From assembly GCA_964511665.1 (NCBI GenBank), contig CAZEHA010000001.1, forward strand, positions 24,823 through 88,822: DNA of 64,000 bases. The letters run 5' to 3'. Source of the stretch: an uncultured Bacteroidales bacterium. Lineage in GTDB: Bacteria; Bacteroidota; Bacteroidia; Bacteroidales; ML635J-15. Below are positions 55,472 through 64,000 of the stretch, in pieces. Below the pieces are notes generated by a model. It did not search any database and had not been told where the DNA came from. It was given only the letters and a program-made list of their open reading frames with translations. The position numbers and the translations under genes were made by a program. The stretch's first letter is position 1; each line of letters starts with the position of its first letter.

Positions 55472-55624
55472 TTTTTTTCGATTTGTTGTTGCACTCTGTT
55501 GAGAAAGCTATATGCCAAATTTAGCATGTTGTGGTTGCCAATAGGTATTTGCCGTTCACTCCCCAAAAACCGTAAGCTGCATGCACGTTTATAAATGTTT
55601 GCCGGCAACCGATAATGCGCAAAA

Positions 55625-56308
55625 TTATTTATCGCCGTTTTCGCGAACCAGCACTTCATCAATCATTCCATATATCTTTGCTTCCGCCGATGTCATCCAG
55701 TAGTCGCGATCGGAATCGGCAGCTACTTTTTCGAAAGTGTTTCCGCTATGAACAGCAATAATATCGTAGAGTTCGTTTTTAAGTTTCATAATCTCGCGGG
55801 CAGTAATTTCGATATCGGATGCCTGACCTTCGGCTCCTCCCATAGGTTGGTGAATCATAATGCGGCTGTGCTTCAGCGCAGTACGTTTGCCTTTGGCCCC
55901 TGCACACAGCAACACAGCCCCCATCGAAGCTGCAATACCCGTACAGATGGTAGCTACATCGCAACCAATATATTGCATGGTGTCGTAAATACCCAAACCG
56001 GCATATACCGAACCTCCTGGTGTGTTCAAATAAATTTGAATGTCTTTGTGCGGATCGGTTGAGTCGAGGTACAGCAACTGCGCTTGAATGATATTGGCCA
56101 CATAGTCGTCGATAGGCAGGCCCAAAAAGATAATGCGGTCCATCATTAGGCGCGAAAACACGTCCATGGTGGCAATATTTAGCTGACGCTCTTCGATAAT
56201 GGTAGGCGAAATATAGCTGTTGTACACCGATGTTATTTTATCGTAAGTGGTGCTGTTGATGCCCATGTGCTTTGTGGCATACTTGCGAAAATCGTTGTTT
56301 GATGACAT
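55625..56308 (-). CDS. clpP: ATP-dependent Clp protease proteolytic subunit ClpP
   Basis: Contains RIIFLG, GGSVYAGLGIYDTMQ, GIAASMGA (catalytic Ser) and IMIHQP. Confidence 0.95.
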   Translation of the reverse strand: MSSNNDFRKYATKHMGINSTTYDKITSVYNSYISPTIIEERQLNIATMDVFSRLMMDRIIFLGLPIDDYVANIIQAQLLYLDSTDPHKDIQIYLNTPGGSVYAGLGIYDTMQYIGCDVATICTGIAASMGAVLLCAGAKGKRTALKHSRIMIHQPMGGAEGQASDIEITAREIMKLKNELYDIIAVHSGNTFEKVAADSDRDYWMTSAEAKIYGMIDEVLVRENGDK

Positions 56309-56320
56309 AGTAATCAGTTT

Positions 56321-57667
56321 TTAGGCAAACAATTTATCAAATTCTTCGGAGCTAACCAAATTTTCTTCAAGTTTTACCGAATTTTTCACAAACTCAAGTA
56401 CTTTTTGTTCTGCCACCGCTTCGTAGATACGTTTCACGTCTTTTTCGCGCTGCAGCATTTCGCCGGCATATTTCTCCAGTGTTTCGTTGGGAACATTCGC
56501 AAGGCCGTATTGCCTGAATTGGTATAACATCTCGTTTTTGGCTTGTTGCAGCATATCATCGTCTTGTATTTCGAGACTGTTTTCTTTCATAATTTTGTTG
56601 ATGATAAGCGTCCATCGCAAATCGTCGGCGAAAAGCTCGAAATCGCGGTCTAACTGCTCCTGTGTTAGTTCTTTGTTGGCGTAGAGTAACCAGCGCTTCA
56701 GAAATTCTTCGGGCAGGCTCAGGTTCAGTTTTGTAAGTAATTTTTTCTTGGCGTCGATTTTAAAGCGGAAGTTACTTTCGGCAACGAGGGCTTGCTCAAT
56801 TTCCTCTTTCACAAAGTCTCTAAAATCTTGTTCCGTTTGCACTTCTTCGTTACCACTAACACGTTGAAAAAAATCGGCATTCATTTCGGCATCGGCAAAA
56901 TCGCGAATCATTTCCAGGGTAAACCTGAAGTTACTGCTCATTGTTTCTACCTGTTTTTTATCGATTTCGAGCATCGACGAAAGTTCGCTTTCGTTAGGGA
57001 AGGCCTTCTTTATGTCGAAAGCCAGGTTTGTGCCGATTTCCATTTGCAGCAATTGTGCTTTGATATCATCGTCTTTTACCGATCCCAGATAGAAGCTGGC
57101 ATCTTCTTTTACTACACCGTTTTCTTTCGGGTTCATTTCGTCGTCGGCTTCTATCATCAACCCGCGAAACATGCTTTTTTCGCCGGGAACACTTGCTTCT
57201 ACAAAAGAACCGTGACGCTGACGATGCTGCGCAATTTGCTTGTCGATCATTTCATCATCGACCTTGATTTTATAGTAGTTTACTTTGTCGCGTTTTGTAA
57301 GTTTCACTTCGAATTGTGGTGTTAGACCTATGTCGAACAGAAAGTTATAATCGTCGGTTGCGTTAAAATCGATGGGTTCCTGCTGTTCATTTGGCATAGG
57401 GTCGCCCAGCACATTAATGCTTTCGTTGCTGAGGAATTCGTTGAGGCTGTCAGAAATTTTCTTATTCAATTCTTCGGCCATAATGGCATCGCCATACATT
57501 TTCTTAATAAGCCCCATGGGAACCATACCCGGGCGGAATCCGGGAACCTGTGCCTTGCGTTTGTAGTCGCGCATGGTTTTTTCCACATTTTCGGCAATGT
57601 CTTCTTTTTTAATGTTCACTGTAATCACCGCATTCAAATCGTCGGTGTTTTGCAAGCTGATGTTCAT
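56321..57667 (-). CDS. tig: Trigger factor
   Basis: 448 aa. The N-terminal ribosome-binding motif GFRPGMVP is present, and the gene follows the tig-clpP-clpX order. Confidence 0.9.
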   Translation of the reverse strand: MNISLQNTDDLNAVITVNIKKEDIAENVEKTMRDYKRKAQVPGFRPGMVPMGLIKKMYGDAIMAEELNKKISDSLNEFLSNESINVLGDPMPNEQQEPIDFNATDDYNFLFDIGLTPQFEVKLTKRDKVNYYKIKVDDEMIDKQIAQHRQRHGSFVEASVPGEKSMFRGLMIEADDEMNPKENGVVKEDASFYLGSVKDDDIKAQLLQMEIGTNLAFDIKKAFPNESELSSMLEIDKKQVETMSSNFRFTLEMIRDFADAEMNADFFQRVSGNEEVQTEQDFRDFVKEEIEQALVAESNFRFKIDAKKKLLTKLNLSLPEEFLKRWLLYANKELTQEQLDRDFELFADDLRWTLIINKIMKENSLEIQDDDMLQQAKNEMLYQFRQYGLANVPNETLEKYAGEMLQREKDVKRIYEAVAEQKVLEFVKNSVKLEENLVSSEEFDKLFA

Positions 57668-57747
57668 AGTTTTACGATACGTTATTTTTTACAATTCTTA
57701 AAATAAAAACCGCCCCGGCAGCAAGCCGAAGCAGAATTTAATTTTTG

Positions 57748-57829
57748 TGCGGATGAAGGGACTCGAACCCCCAAGCCTTGCGGCACCAGATCCTAAGTCT
57801 GGCGCGTATACCAATTCCGCCACATCCGC
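57748..57829 (-). tRNA. tRNA-Leu (anticodon TAG)
   Basis: Minus-strand sequence GCGGATGTGGCGGAATTGGTATACGCGCCAGACTTAGGATCTGGTGCCGCAAGGCTTGGGGGTTCGAGTCCCTTCATCCGCA. It has a long variable arm and anticodon loop CT-TAG-GA. Confidence 0.9.
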
Positions 57830-57908
57830 AAAATTGCCGCAAATTTAGTTATTTTTTTTAAACACCTACGGTTTTTCTCCGAAATTAGCGTTTCTGTTCC
57901 ACTGCCGG

Positions 57909-58829
57909 TTAAATACTGTGGTTTTTTAAGTCGTCGGAATATTCTTGTGCATATTCGGCCAGACAAATTTTCCAGTCGCGCATGTAGTTTATCCCACGCA
58001 TGTTCAGTTTCAGATTTACCAATTTTTCGGAATAGGGACGTGGAGCAAAATATTCGTTTTCGAAATAATCGGACTCTACCTTTTCTACTGTTATCTTGTT
58101 TTCGAGACCCAGCAGTTTAACGAGTTCAATGGCCACATCGTAGCGACTGCACGAGCCTTCGCAAACCTGATTGTATAATCCGTAGTATCCGGTTTCGATA
58201 ACCCGCGATATGGCCGAGGCAAAGTCTAATGTATAGGTGGGTGTGCCAAGCTTGTCGTCGACCACATGCAGCCGGGTTTTTCCGGCAACAATTTGCTTGT
58301 AAATTTTATTGATGAATTTTTTGTCTTTCGAAGGCCCGCCACCCATCATCCAACCGGGGCGAAACACAAAGCATTTCGAAACCCTTTCGAGCACAAAACG
58401 TTCGCCGTAGTATTTTCCTTTAGCGTAATGGCTCAATGGGTTGGGAGCATCGAAGTCGGTAAAAAACTCCTGCTCGCCTCCAAATATGCCGGCAGTTGAT
58501 ATATACACCATAGTGCATTGATATTTTTCGGAAAGCAAGGCAATGTTCTCGGTTCCCAAGGCGTTGGTACACCACGAGTCTTCGTGATGGGTTTCGCAAT
58601 ATTCCAAGTCGGTGTGGGCAGCCAGATGCAACACAATATCGGGTTGAAATTGCTCAAAAACCTGAACACAGGCCGCAAAGTCTCTCACATCGAGATACCC
58701 AAGCCAGGACTCGTTGCAGTCGATATCGGTGGCCTTAACGTCAGCGTATTTTTCTACGAAAACACGGTACATCGATTTGCCCAACATTCCTCCGCAACCG
58801 GTTATCAGTACTTTTTGGTTTTTCTTCAT
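57909..58829 (-). CDS. NAD(P)-dependent sugar-nucleotide reductase/epimerase (RmlD-like SDR)
   Basis: Has a Rossmann motif (ITGCGGMLG), the YxxxK region YAKGKY, and a length of 306 aa. Confidence 0.65.
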   Translation of the reverse strand: MKKNQKVLITGCGGMLGKSMYRVFVEKYADVKATDIDCNESWLGYLDVRDFAACVQVFEQFQPDIVLHLAAHTDLEYCETHHEDSWCTNALGTENIALLSEKYQCTMVYISTAGIFGGEQEFFTDFDAPNPLSHYAKGKYYGERFVLERVSKCFVFRPGWMMGGGPSKDKKFINKIYKQIVAGKTRLHVVDDKLGTPTYTLDFASAISRVIETGYYGLYNQVCEGSCSRYDVAIELVKLLGLENKITVEKVESDYFENEYFAPRPYSEKLVNLKLNMRGINYMRDWKICLAEYAQEYSDDLKNHSI

Positions 58830-58980
58830 GGTTTCAAAAATATTTCAATAAACTTTACATTTCTGTTCTTTTTCCGACGAAGAAGCCGGTTTTTTGTTCT
58901 CTTATAATTGCCAAAACGGCTACGCCGAAAACACTACAAATATCAATAAAAAAACAGAAAATCAAGCTGTTTTTTTTGCA

Positions 58981-60072
58981 TCAGCCTTTTTTTGCCACTT
59001 CATTTAAAATGTTCAGGTACTTGGGGGCATTGGCCTGTACCGAAAAATGTTTCATCACGTTTTCGCGGCCGGCTCGGCCTATTTTCTCGCGCAGGGCTTG
59101 GCTGTCGATAAGTGTGATGATATATTCGACCCATTCGTCGGTGCTTGAAACCAAAAATCCATTCACGCCATGCTCTATGTTTTCGAGATTCGACCCGAAT
59201 GACGTAGCAACGCACGGAATGCCGCACGACTGATAGGTCAATGCCTTGAGACCGCTTTTACCGAGAACCCATTCTTCGGTGGGTGTGGGGTACAAGCCTA
59301 TGTGTATGCCGTGCAGGTCGGCAACTTCGTTTTCTTCGGTCCACCTTATGTTTTCGACTTCAACACCCGCCAGTTCGAAATCGCGATCGCATATTACCCG
59401 TAGTTTGATGCTGCGCAGTTGCGCCACGCGCTGTAAGGCTTCGTCGAGCAAATGCAGAAACGGAATGGTACTGTGGCTGCCTGTCCAGCCTAAGGTAATG
59501 GTATCGGCAACATCGTAACGGGTTAGTGCCGTAAAGCGTTCGGTGTCGAAGGTTGACGAAATATCGGTAACACGCTTGTTGTGCTTCAGGGCTTCTTCTT
59601 CGAGGTATTTGGTGCACACTATCACATGGCCAGCCATTTTCATGAGCGAAAAAATTTTCTTTTTGCCCTTGAGCCATGCCACAAACCAGTTCATACGGCT
59701 TTTGTGTCCTTTGAATACGGCATCGTCGATATCGTACACCATGTGCCTGTTGGTTAGCTTCAGCATGTACTCGAACAAGGATGTGCCAAACGGAGTTACC
59801 CACAGGTGAACATATACAACATCGTATGCCGGAGCACGTAAAATGTCGTACAATCGCCTGAGGTATCCAAAAATAGTATAGAATAGTTTTGCTGCAAAAT
59901 GTCCGTCTTTATAAAGAATTTTCCAAAATGCGTGATTCATAAAAGGGGCTACCACTATTTGGTAGCCATTATCGCGCCAATGTCCGAAGTATTGCTCATA
60001 TTTGAGGCGCTGGCTTGGGTACACATTTTCGGGAGCAGGGCAAATTACCAGTATTTTTTTCTTAGGCTTCAC
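58981..60072 (-). CDS. Glycosyltransferase family 4 (GT-B)
   Basis: The C-terminal E-x7-E-type region (..KALTYQSCGIPCVATSFGSNLENIEHGVNGFLV..) is typical of group 1 glycosyltransferases. Confidence 0.75.
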   Translation of the reverse strand: MKPKKKILVICPAPENVYPSQRLKYEQYFGHWRDNGYQIVVAPFMNHAFWKILYKDGHFAAKLFYTIFGYLRRLYDILRAPAYDVVYVHLWVTPFGTSLFEYMLKLTNRHMVYDIDDAVFKGHKSRMNWFVAWLKGKKKIFSLMKMAGHVIVCTKYLEEEALKHNKRVTDISSTFDTERFTALTRYDVADTITLGWTGSHSTIPFLHLLDEALQRVAQLRSIKLRVICDRDFELAGVEVENIRWTEENEVADLHGIHIGLYPTPTEEWVLGKSGLKALTYQSCGIPCVATSFGSNLENIEHGVNGFLVSSTDEWVEYIITLIDSQALREKIGRAGRENVMKHFSVQANAPKYLNILNEVAKKG

Positions 60073-61282
60073 GGCACAGTTGTTTGTAAATTTTATGATA
60101 CGATTCTATACCGGTTTTCAGGTCGAGTATTTGGGCTGCCGCATGGCGAATTTCGTTGCGGTCGAGTTGGAGCAAAGCGGGTATTTTGTTAATCACTGCG
60201 TTGAATGCTTCCGGCTTCATTTTATATAGTATGGCTCCCGATTGTGTTTGAAGCACAATTTCGTCAACATCGCCCACGCCGCTGTTCACAATCATGGGTA
60301 TGCCCATTGCCAGCATTTCGCCTTGTTTTGTAGGGCTGCTGCTTTTTTTGGAATAGGAGGGCTTAATAAAAGAAATGCCGATATCGACAGCACTGAGCAA
60401 TTGAGGCACTTCGCTTCTCGAAGCAGCCATATACTGAATGTTTTCGGGAGATATACCGGCATTTTCGGCTTGAACACCCGGAGTATCGCGGGTAATTATC
60501 AGCAGTTTTGCTTGTGGATAAGCTTGTTGCACGGCTGCAAAAAACTGCATCATTTCGTCGATGAGATACCAGGTTCCCAACGAACCCAGATAGGCAAAAA
60601 CCAGGTTTTCGGGTGTGTAGCCCAGGGCACTGCGGCTCAGTTGCCGTTGCCGGTTGTCGGGAATCTGAAACAACGCAAAATCGGCGCAGCATGGAATCAC
60701 ATTGATGCTTTCGGGATTAAAGCGAACTTTTACCCAGCGGTACATTTCGGCTTTGGCTGCATGGGTAAGTGCTACTGTGGCATCGGCCATTTCGAGGTAG
60801 TGCTTCTCTTTTTGCTTGAAGAACCTGTAAACCGCATTAAAAACCGGATTTTTCAGGTTCCATAAACCACCATCGACACGTTCGTCGGCCCAAAAACCGC
60901 GCATATCGAACAGTAAGCCTGCTGCCTGTTTGCGTTTTACGAGCAATCCGGCCATAGGCGTAATGTAACTGCGGCAATGCACCAGATGGAACTGAGTGGT
61001 TTTCATCAATTGCCTTACGGCGCGACGCAGTGCAAACACATCGGAAATGGTCGACAACACCGGTGGCTTTTTGGTGTAAAACACAGTTTTCCATGCAATG
61101 CCGGCATCATCGAGAATCGCCTGTATGTGCGAAGCATGATTCTGATAAGCCTGCTTTTTTTCGGCACTGAGAATGGTAATGCTATAGCCATGCGCAGCAA
61201 GACCCTGCAAATAGGGTATCACCTGCGACTGCCCCAGCGGGTCGGTCATCCCATCGTATGATATGTACAATACCGAAGGCAT
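60062..61282 (-). CDS. Glycosyltransferase family 4 (GT-B)
   Basis: The N-terminus reads YISYDGMTDPLGQSQV. The C-terminus reads ..SPTKQGEMLAMGIPMIVNSGVGDVDEIV. The start is set at the ATG at 61282. There is an 11-nt overlap with the downstream GT gene. Confidence 0.75.
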   Translation of the reverse strand: MPSVLYISYDGMTDPLGQSQVIPYLQGLAAHGYSITILSAEKKQAYQNHASHIQAILDDAGIAWKTVFYTKKPPVLSTISDVFALRRAVRQLMKTTQFHLVHCRSYITPMAGLLVKRKQAAGLLFDMRGFWADERVDGGLWNLKNPVFNAVYRFFKQKEKHYLEMADATVALTHAAKAEMYRWVKVRFNPESINVIPCCADFALFQIPDNRQRQLSRSALGYTPENLVFAYLGSLGTWYLIDEMMQFFAAVQQAYPQAKLLIITRDTPGVQAENAGISPENIQYMAASRSEVPQLLSAVDIGISFIKPSYSKKSSSPTKQGEMLAMGIPMIVNSGVGDVDEIVLQTQSGAILYKMKPEAFNAVINKIPALLQLDRNEIRHAAAQILDLKTGIESYHKIYKQLCREA

Positions 61283-61346
61283 GCAACACAAATTTTGTTG
61301 CAAATTTTACAAAATAAAACGGAATAGCGAAATAATATCATCGATT

Positions 61347-61435
61347 CCCCGTAGAGACGCGATTTATCGCGTCTCAAACCAACCCAACAATTATTATCCG
61401 TTTAATCAGACGCGATAAATCGCGTCTCTACGGGG
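61347..61435. repeat. Perfect 28-bp inverted repeat with nested palindromes (REP/MITE-like)
   Basis: CCCCGTAGAGACGCGATTTATCGCGTCT (61347-61374) and its exact reverse complement (61408-61435) are separated by 33 nt. Each arm contains its own palindrome, GAGACGCGAT-TT-ATCGCGTCTC. Confidence 0.9.
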
Positions 61436-61451
61436 TTTTGTTCAAAAACCA

Positions 61452-63560
61452 TCATTCAACAACCACCTTCCCAAAAACATTCGTATTTCTCATCTTTACC
61501 AAATACATCCCCGCTTCCAGCCCAAAAATACCAATCCTGTTTGTTCCAACCCCAACATTTTGCAGCCACACCAAACTGCCATTTGTTGAATAAATTTCCA
61601 ATACATCATTATCAATACCTTGCGGCAATTCAACAAAAAACTCATTTGTTGCCGGGTTTGGGTAAACCTGTAGGTTTTCCTTTATGCGACTGAAGGGTTC
61701 AATTTCTTCAAAACCATAATGCAAATGCGACAGACTCAGGCTTCCGCAAAACCAGAGGTTATAGCTATTATCTTCCCGGATTGTATAAATCGCTTGTTCT
61801 ACTCCACCGGGATAAACATACTCCGGCTGATCCCCTAAAATACTGACTGCGCTTTTGCGATTGCCTGCCCAAATCTTCCCGTTCCTGTCGGCATACACCG
61901 TATAATAATCGCTGTATCCGGATGAATAGGTAGAATCGTTGCAAATGAAATTCAATTCATTATTGTACATGAGTGCCAGACCGTGTCGGGTAGCAAACCA
62001 GGTGCTGTCGCCGGCAAAGGTGATATCATTAATTACTTCCGCTGTCGGAAATCCATAACTTGTATTGAGGTCTGTCCAATTTCCTGACTGGTACCGGTAT
62101 GCTTTCCCTCCAGTTACAAACCATAAATCGTTTTCGTCCCCGACAAGCAAGCGGGTTGCCCATTTTAAGCTAATATTTTCCGGTACATTCAGTTTGTTCC
62201 ATTCGCTGCCACTGTATTCATACAGCCTGCTCAGCGAGTCGCTGAGCCATATTTTGTCGCCCGAAACGGCAAGGCAGTTCACTCGTCCGAGCGAATCACC
62301 GCAGAGACTGTCAATGCGATGCATCTGGTTCTGGGGGTCGATACGGTACAAGGTATCTGCACCGATCCAGATGTTCCCATGACTGTCGATGGCCACTGCA
62401 TTGGTGTTCTGATTGTAAAATCCCTCCCCGAATTTCTCAATGTTCCAAGTTTCACCATCGTAAACCGTGAGTGGTGTTTGGCTTCCTGCATAACCGTATG
62501 TATATGTGTGGTTTCCATTAAACAAAATATTTCTAGGTATACCTATGTAAGAATTAGGGAAAAAATGTTCGAAAACTCCATTGTTCAAGCGGCTAAGACC
62601 ACCGAGTCGCGGATCATCGTCACTATCATTGTTGCTACAAACAACCCACAAATTTCCCTGCGTGTCGCAATCGGCGTCCATTATGAAATTGAACGGCAGT
62701 TCGTCGCTAAGGCCATATTGTTGCCAATTGTTGCCGAAGCCAACATACAACTTTGAACTCGTTGCCAATACCATATCGCCATTGGTATTTTGGCTAATTG
62801 CACAATAGGAATTGCTGGCATTGAAAACCTCATTCTGCGCTTCATTATGCCATGTGGTCCCATCAAAACGATATAAACTATTGTAGCACCCACCGAACCA
62901 TACATGGTTGTTACTGTCGAGAAACGATGAATGCCTGCAACTAACCTGAAAATTTGAATTAAGATAGTTATAAATTACAGTATCATTGTTATTTATGGCT
63001 ACCACTCCATAAGTCCAAGATGTACCTCCGTTAACAGATATTCCTATAAAAACAGTATTTGAACTGTCAACAACAATCTCGTTGGTATAGTAAATGGCAA
63101 TGGTGTCGCCGAAACCGTATATTTCCGTCCAATTAATACCGTCATATTTTACGATGCGGGCAGGATTGCCCATACTAAGCCATAGACAGTTGTTGTGGTC
63201 GTAAGCCAACGACACAATTTCACCTTGAGGCAAACCATCGTCGTGTGTAAACTGCGACCATTCCTGCCCGTTGAAAATGGCCAGACAGCCGCTTTCATTG
63301 CCTGAAACTCCGAAAACCATACGACCTAAGGTGTCTTTGGTTATTGAATATACCGAACCGGGCACATAGTGGCTTTCCACAAAAGAGCCGTCGTTACGGA
63401 AAACGTTAATCAGGTTTGTGCAGCCTTCAAAAATCAGTGTGTCGTCGGCATATACCGAAAGCGGATACTTATATCCTCCGTAAATGTTTTCAAAATTCTG
63501 GGCAAACAACGAGAATCCGACAATACAGCCTAAGCAGACTCCAAGAATTTTATTTTTCAT
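61452..63560 (-). CDS. Beta-propeller (two-component regulator propeller-like) protein with a T9SS type A C-terminal sorting domain
   Basis: The start is set at MKNKILGVCLGCIVGFSLFAQ. Repeated W/G-rich blades are present. The C-terminus reads VYPNPATNEFFVE....IYSTNGSLV.....LEAGMYLVKM. Confidence 0.65.
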   Translation of the reverse strand: MKNKILGVCLGCIVGFSLFAQNFENIYGGYKYPLSVYADDTLIFEGCTNLINVFRNDGSFVESHYVPGSVYSITKDTLGRMVFGVSGNESGCLAIFNGQEWSQFTHDDGLPQGEIVSLAYDHNNCLWLSMGNPARIVKYDGINWTEIYGFGDTIAIYYTNEIVVDSSNTVFIGISVNGGTSWTYGVVAINNNDTVIYNYLNSNFQVSCRHSSFLDSNNHVWFGGCYNSLYRFDGTTWHNEAQNEVFNASNSYCAISQNTNGDMVLATSSKLYVGFGNNWQQYGLSDELPFNFIMDADCDTQGNLWVVCSNNDSDDDPRLGGLSRLNNGVFEHFFPNSYIGIPRNILFNGNHTYTYGYAGSQTPLTVYDGETWNIEKFGEGFYNQNTNAVAIDSHGNIWIGADTLYRIDPQNQMHRIDSLCGDSLGRVNCLAVSGDKIWLSDSLSRLYEYSGSEWNKLNVPENISLKWATRLLVGDENDLWFVTGGKAYRYQSGNWTDLNTSYGFPTAEVINDITFAGDSTWFATRHGLALMYNNELNFICNDSTYSSGYSDYYTVYADRNGKIWAGNRKSAVSILGDQPEYVYPGGVEQAIYTIREDNSYNLWFCGSLSLSHLHYGFEEIEPFSRIKENLQVYPNPATNEFFVELPQGIDNDVLEIYSTNGSLVWLQNVGVGTNRIGIFGLEAGMYLVKMRNTNVFGKVVVE

Positions 63561-63730
63561 AAGCTGATTCTTTAATACCGTGTTGCGTTCCTTCACTAGC
63601 ATTTTCAATGCAATTTAACAATTTTGTCAAGTTCTTTTTTATTACACTATTTTTCACGATTAAGATATGTACATTTGGTTTTCGATTATATATTTATCTC
63701 CTTAAAATGTGTAAAGCTAAGGAATATATA

Positions 63731-63755
63731 TTGAATTGAATTGAATTGAATTGCA
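63731..63755. repeat. Pentanucleotide tract (TTGAA)x4 + TTGCA
   Basis: Read directly from the sequence. It lies about 170 nt upstream of the start of the minus-strand propeller gene. Confidence 0.85.
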
Positions 63756-63924
63756 TTACAAATACTTATTGTAAATGCAACCACATTGTAAACAGGTCGG
63801 GATAGGCTTACAAGCCCCGTGCTCTTTTTTGTTTTGTTCAATTCGATACGTATAATGTAACTTATACGCAAATCATTTGGTTATGGTTGCATCACAAAGC
63901 GGTTTTTGTTATATTTATTTCAAC

Positions 63925-63953
63925 AAAAAAGGCTTGCCGAAGCAAGCCTTTTA
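63925..63953. terminator. Bidirectional hairpin terminator
   Basis: An A6 run is followed by GGCTTGC-cgaa-GCAAGCC and then TTTTAA. Confidence 0.55.
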
Positions 63954-64000
63954 ATAATTTGTGCACACTGATTATTTCAGGTTGTGTTTTTTTACGAAAT

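Noticed and set aside
55472-55624. 153-nt clpP-clpX spacer as a possible regulatory RNA
   Set aside because: I could not find a convincing hairpin, repeat or conserved box by eye. It probably contains only the clpX promoter.

Overview
This looks like a chromosomal segment from a Bacteroidota genome. Three things support that: many proteins end in T9SS C-terminal sorting domains, TAnnTTTG -7 promoter boxes sit about 25 nt upstream of start codons, and no Shine-Dalgarno sequences are evident. I call about 54 protein genes and 2 tRNAs (Ala-GGC, Leu-TAG).

Housekeeping blocks:
- recO, rdgB, rseP, dxr, an M23 peptidase and a methionine gamma-lyase-like enzyme
- pheS and cysS
- rlmN, clpX, clpP and tig

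These alternate with envelope and glycan genes:
- two TonB-dependent receptors
- a PorZ-like protein and other T9SS cargo
- WbpD/WbpB/TviB-like UDP-sugar enzymes, galE and rfbB
- an RmlD-like SDR and two GT4 glycosyltransferases

By eye there are four AT-rich islets in an otherwise GC-richer background:
- a GIY-YIG nuclease
- a wzm-wzt-radical SAM operon
- a class II Fic protein
- a DUF4143 AAA ATPase

Most interesting observations:
1. The 88-aa GIY-YIG gene is enclosed by roughly 100-bp composite inverted arms built from 8-9 bp micro-tandem repeats. Related repeat and hairpin modules recur at both borders of the Fic islet.
2. A TRAM-less MiaB/RimO-type methylthiotransferase-like radical SAM gene is fused into a Wzm/Wzt glycan-export operon.
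3. Two translationally coupled paralogous genes encode uncharacterised DxD (GT-A-like) proteins with conserved Cys/His motifs.
4. A GH92 mannosidase, a neutral ceramidase and a sphingomyelinase-C-like gene cluster together, suggesting glyco-(inositol)phosphosphingolipid breakdown.
5. A perfect 28-bp nested palindromic inverted repeat is present.

All coordinates of non-ORF features were indexed by hand and may be off by 1-2 nt. No database searches were run.
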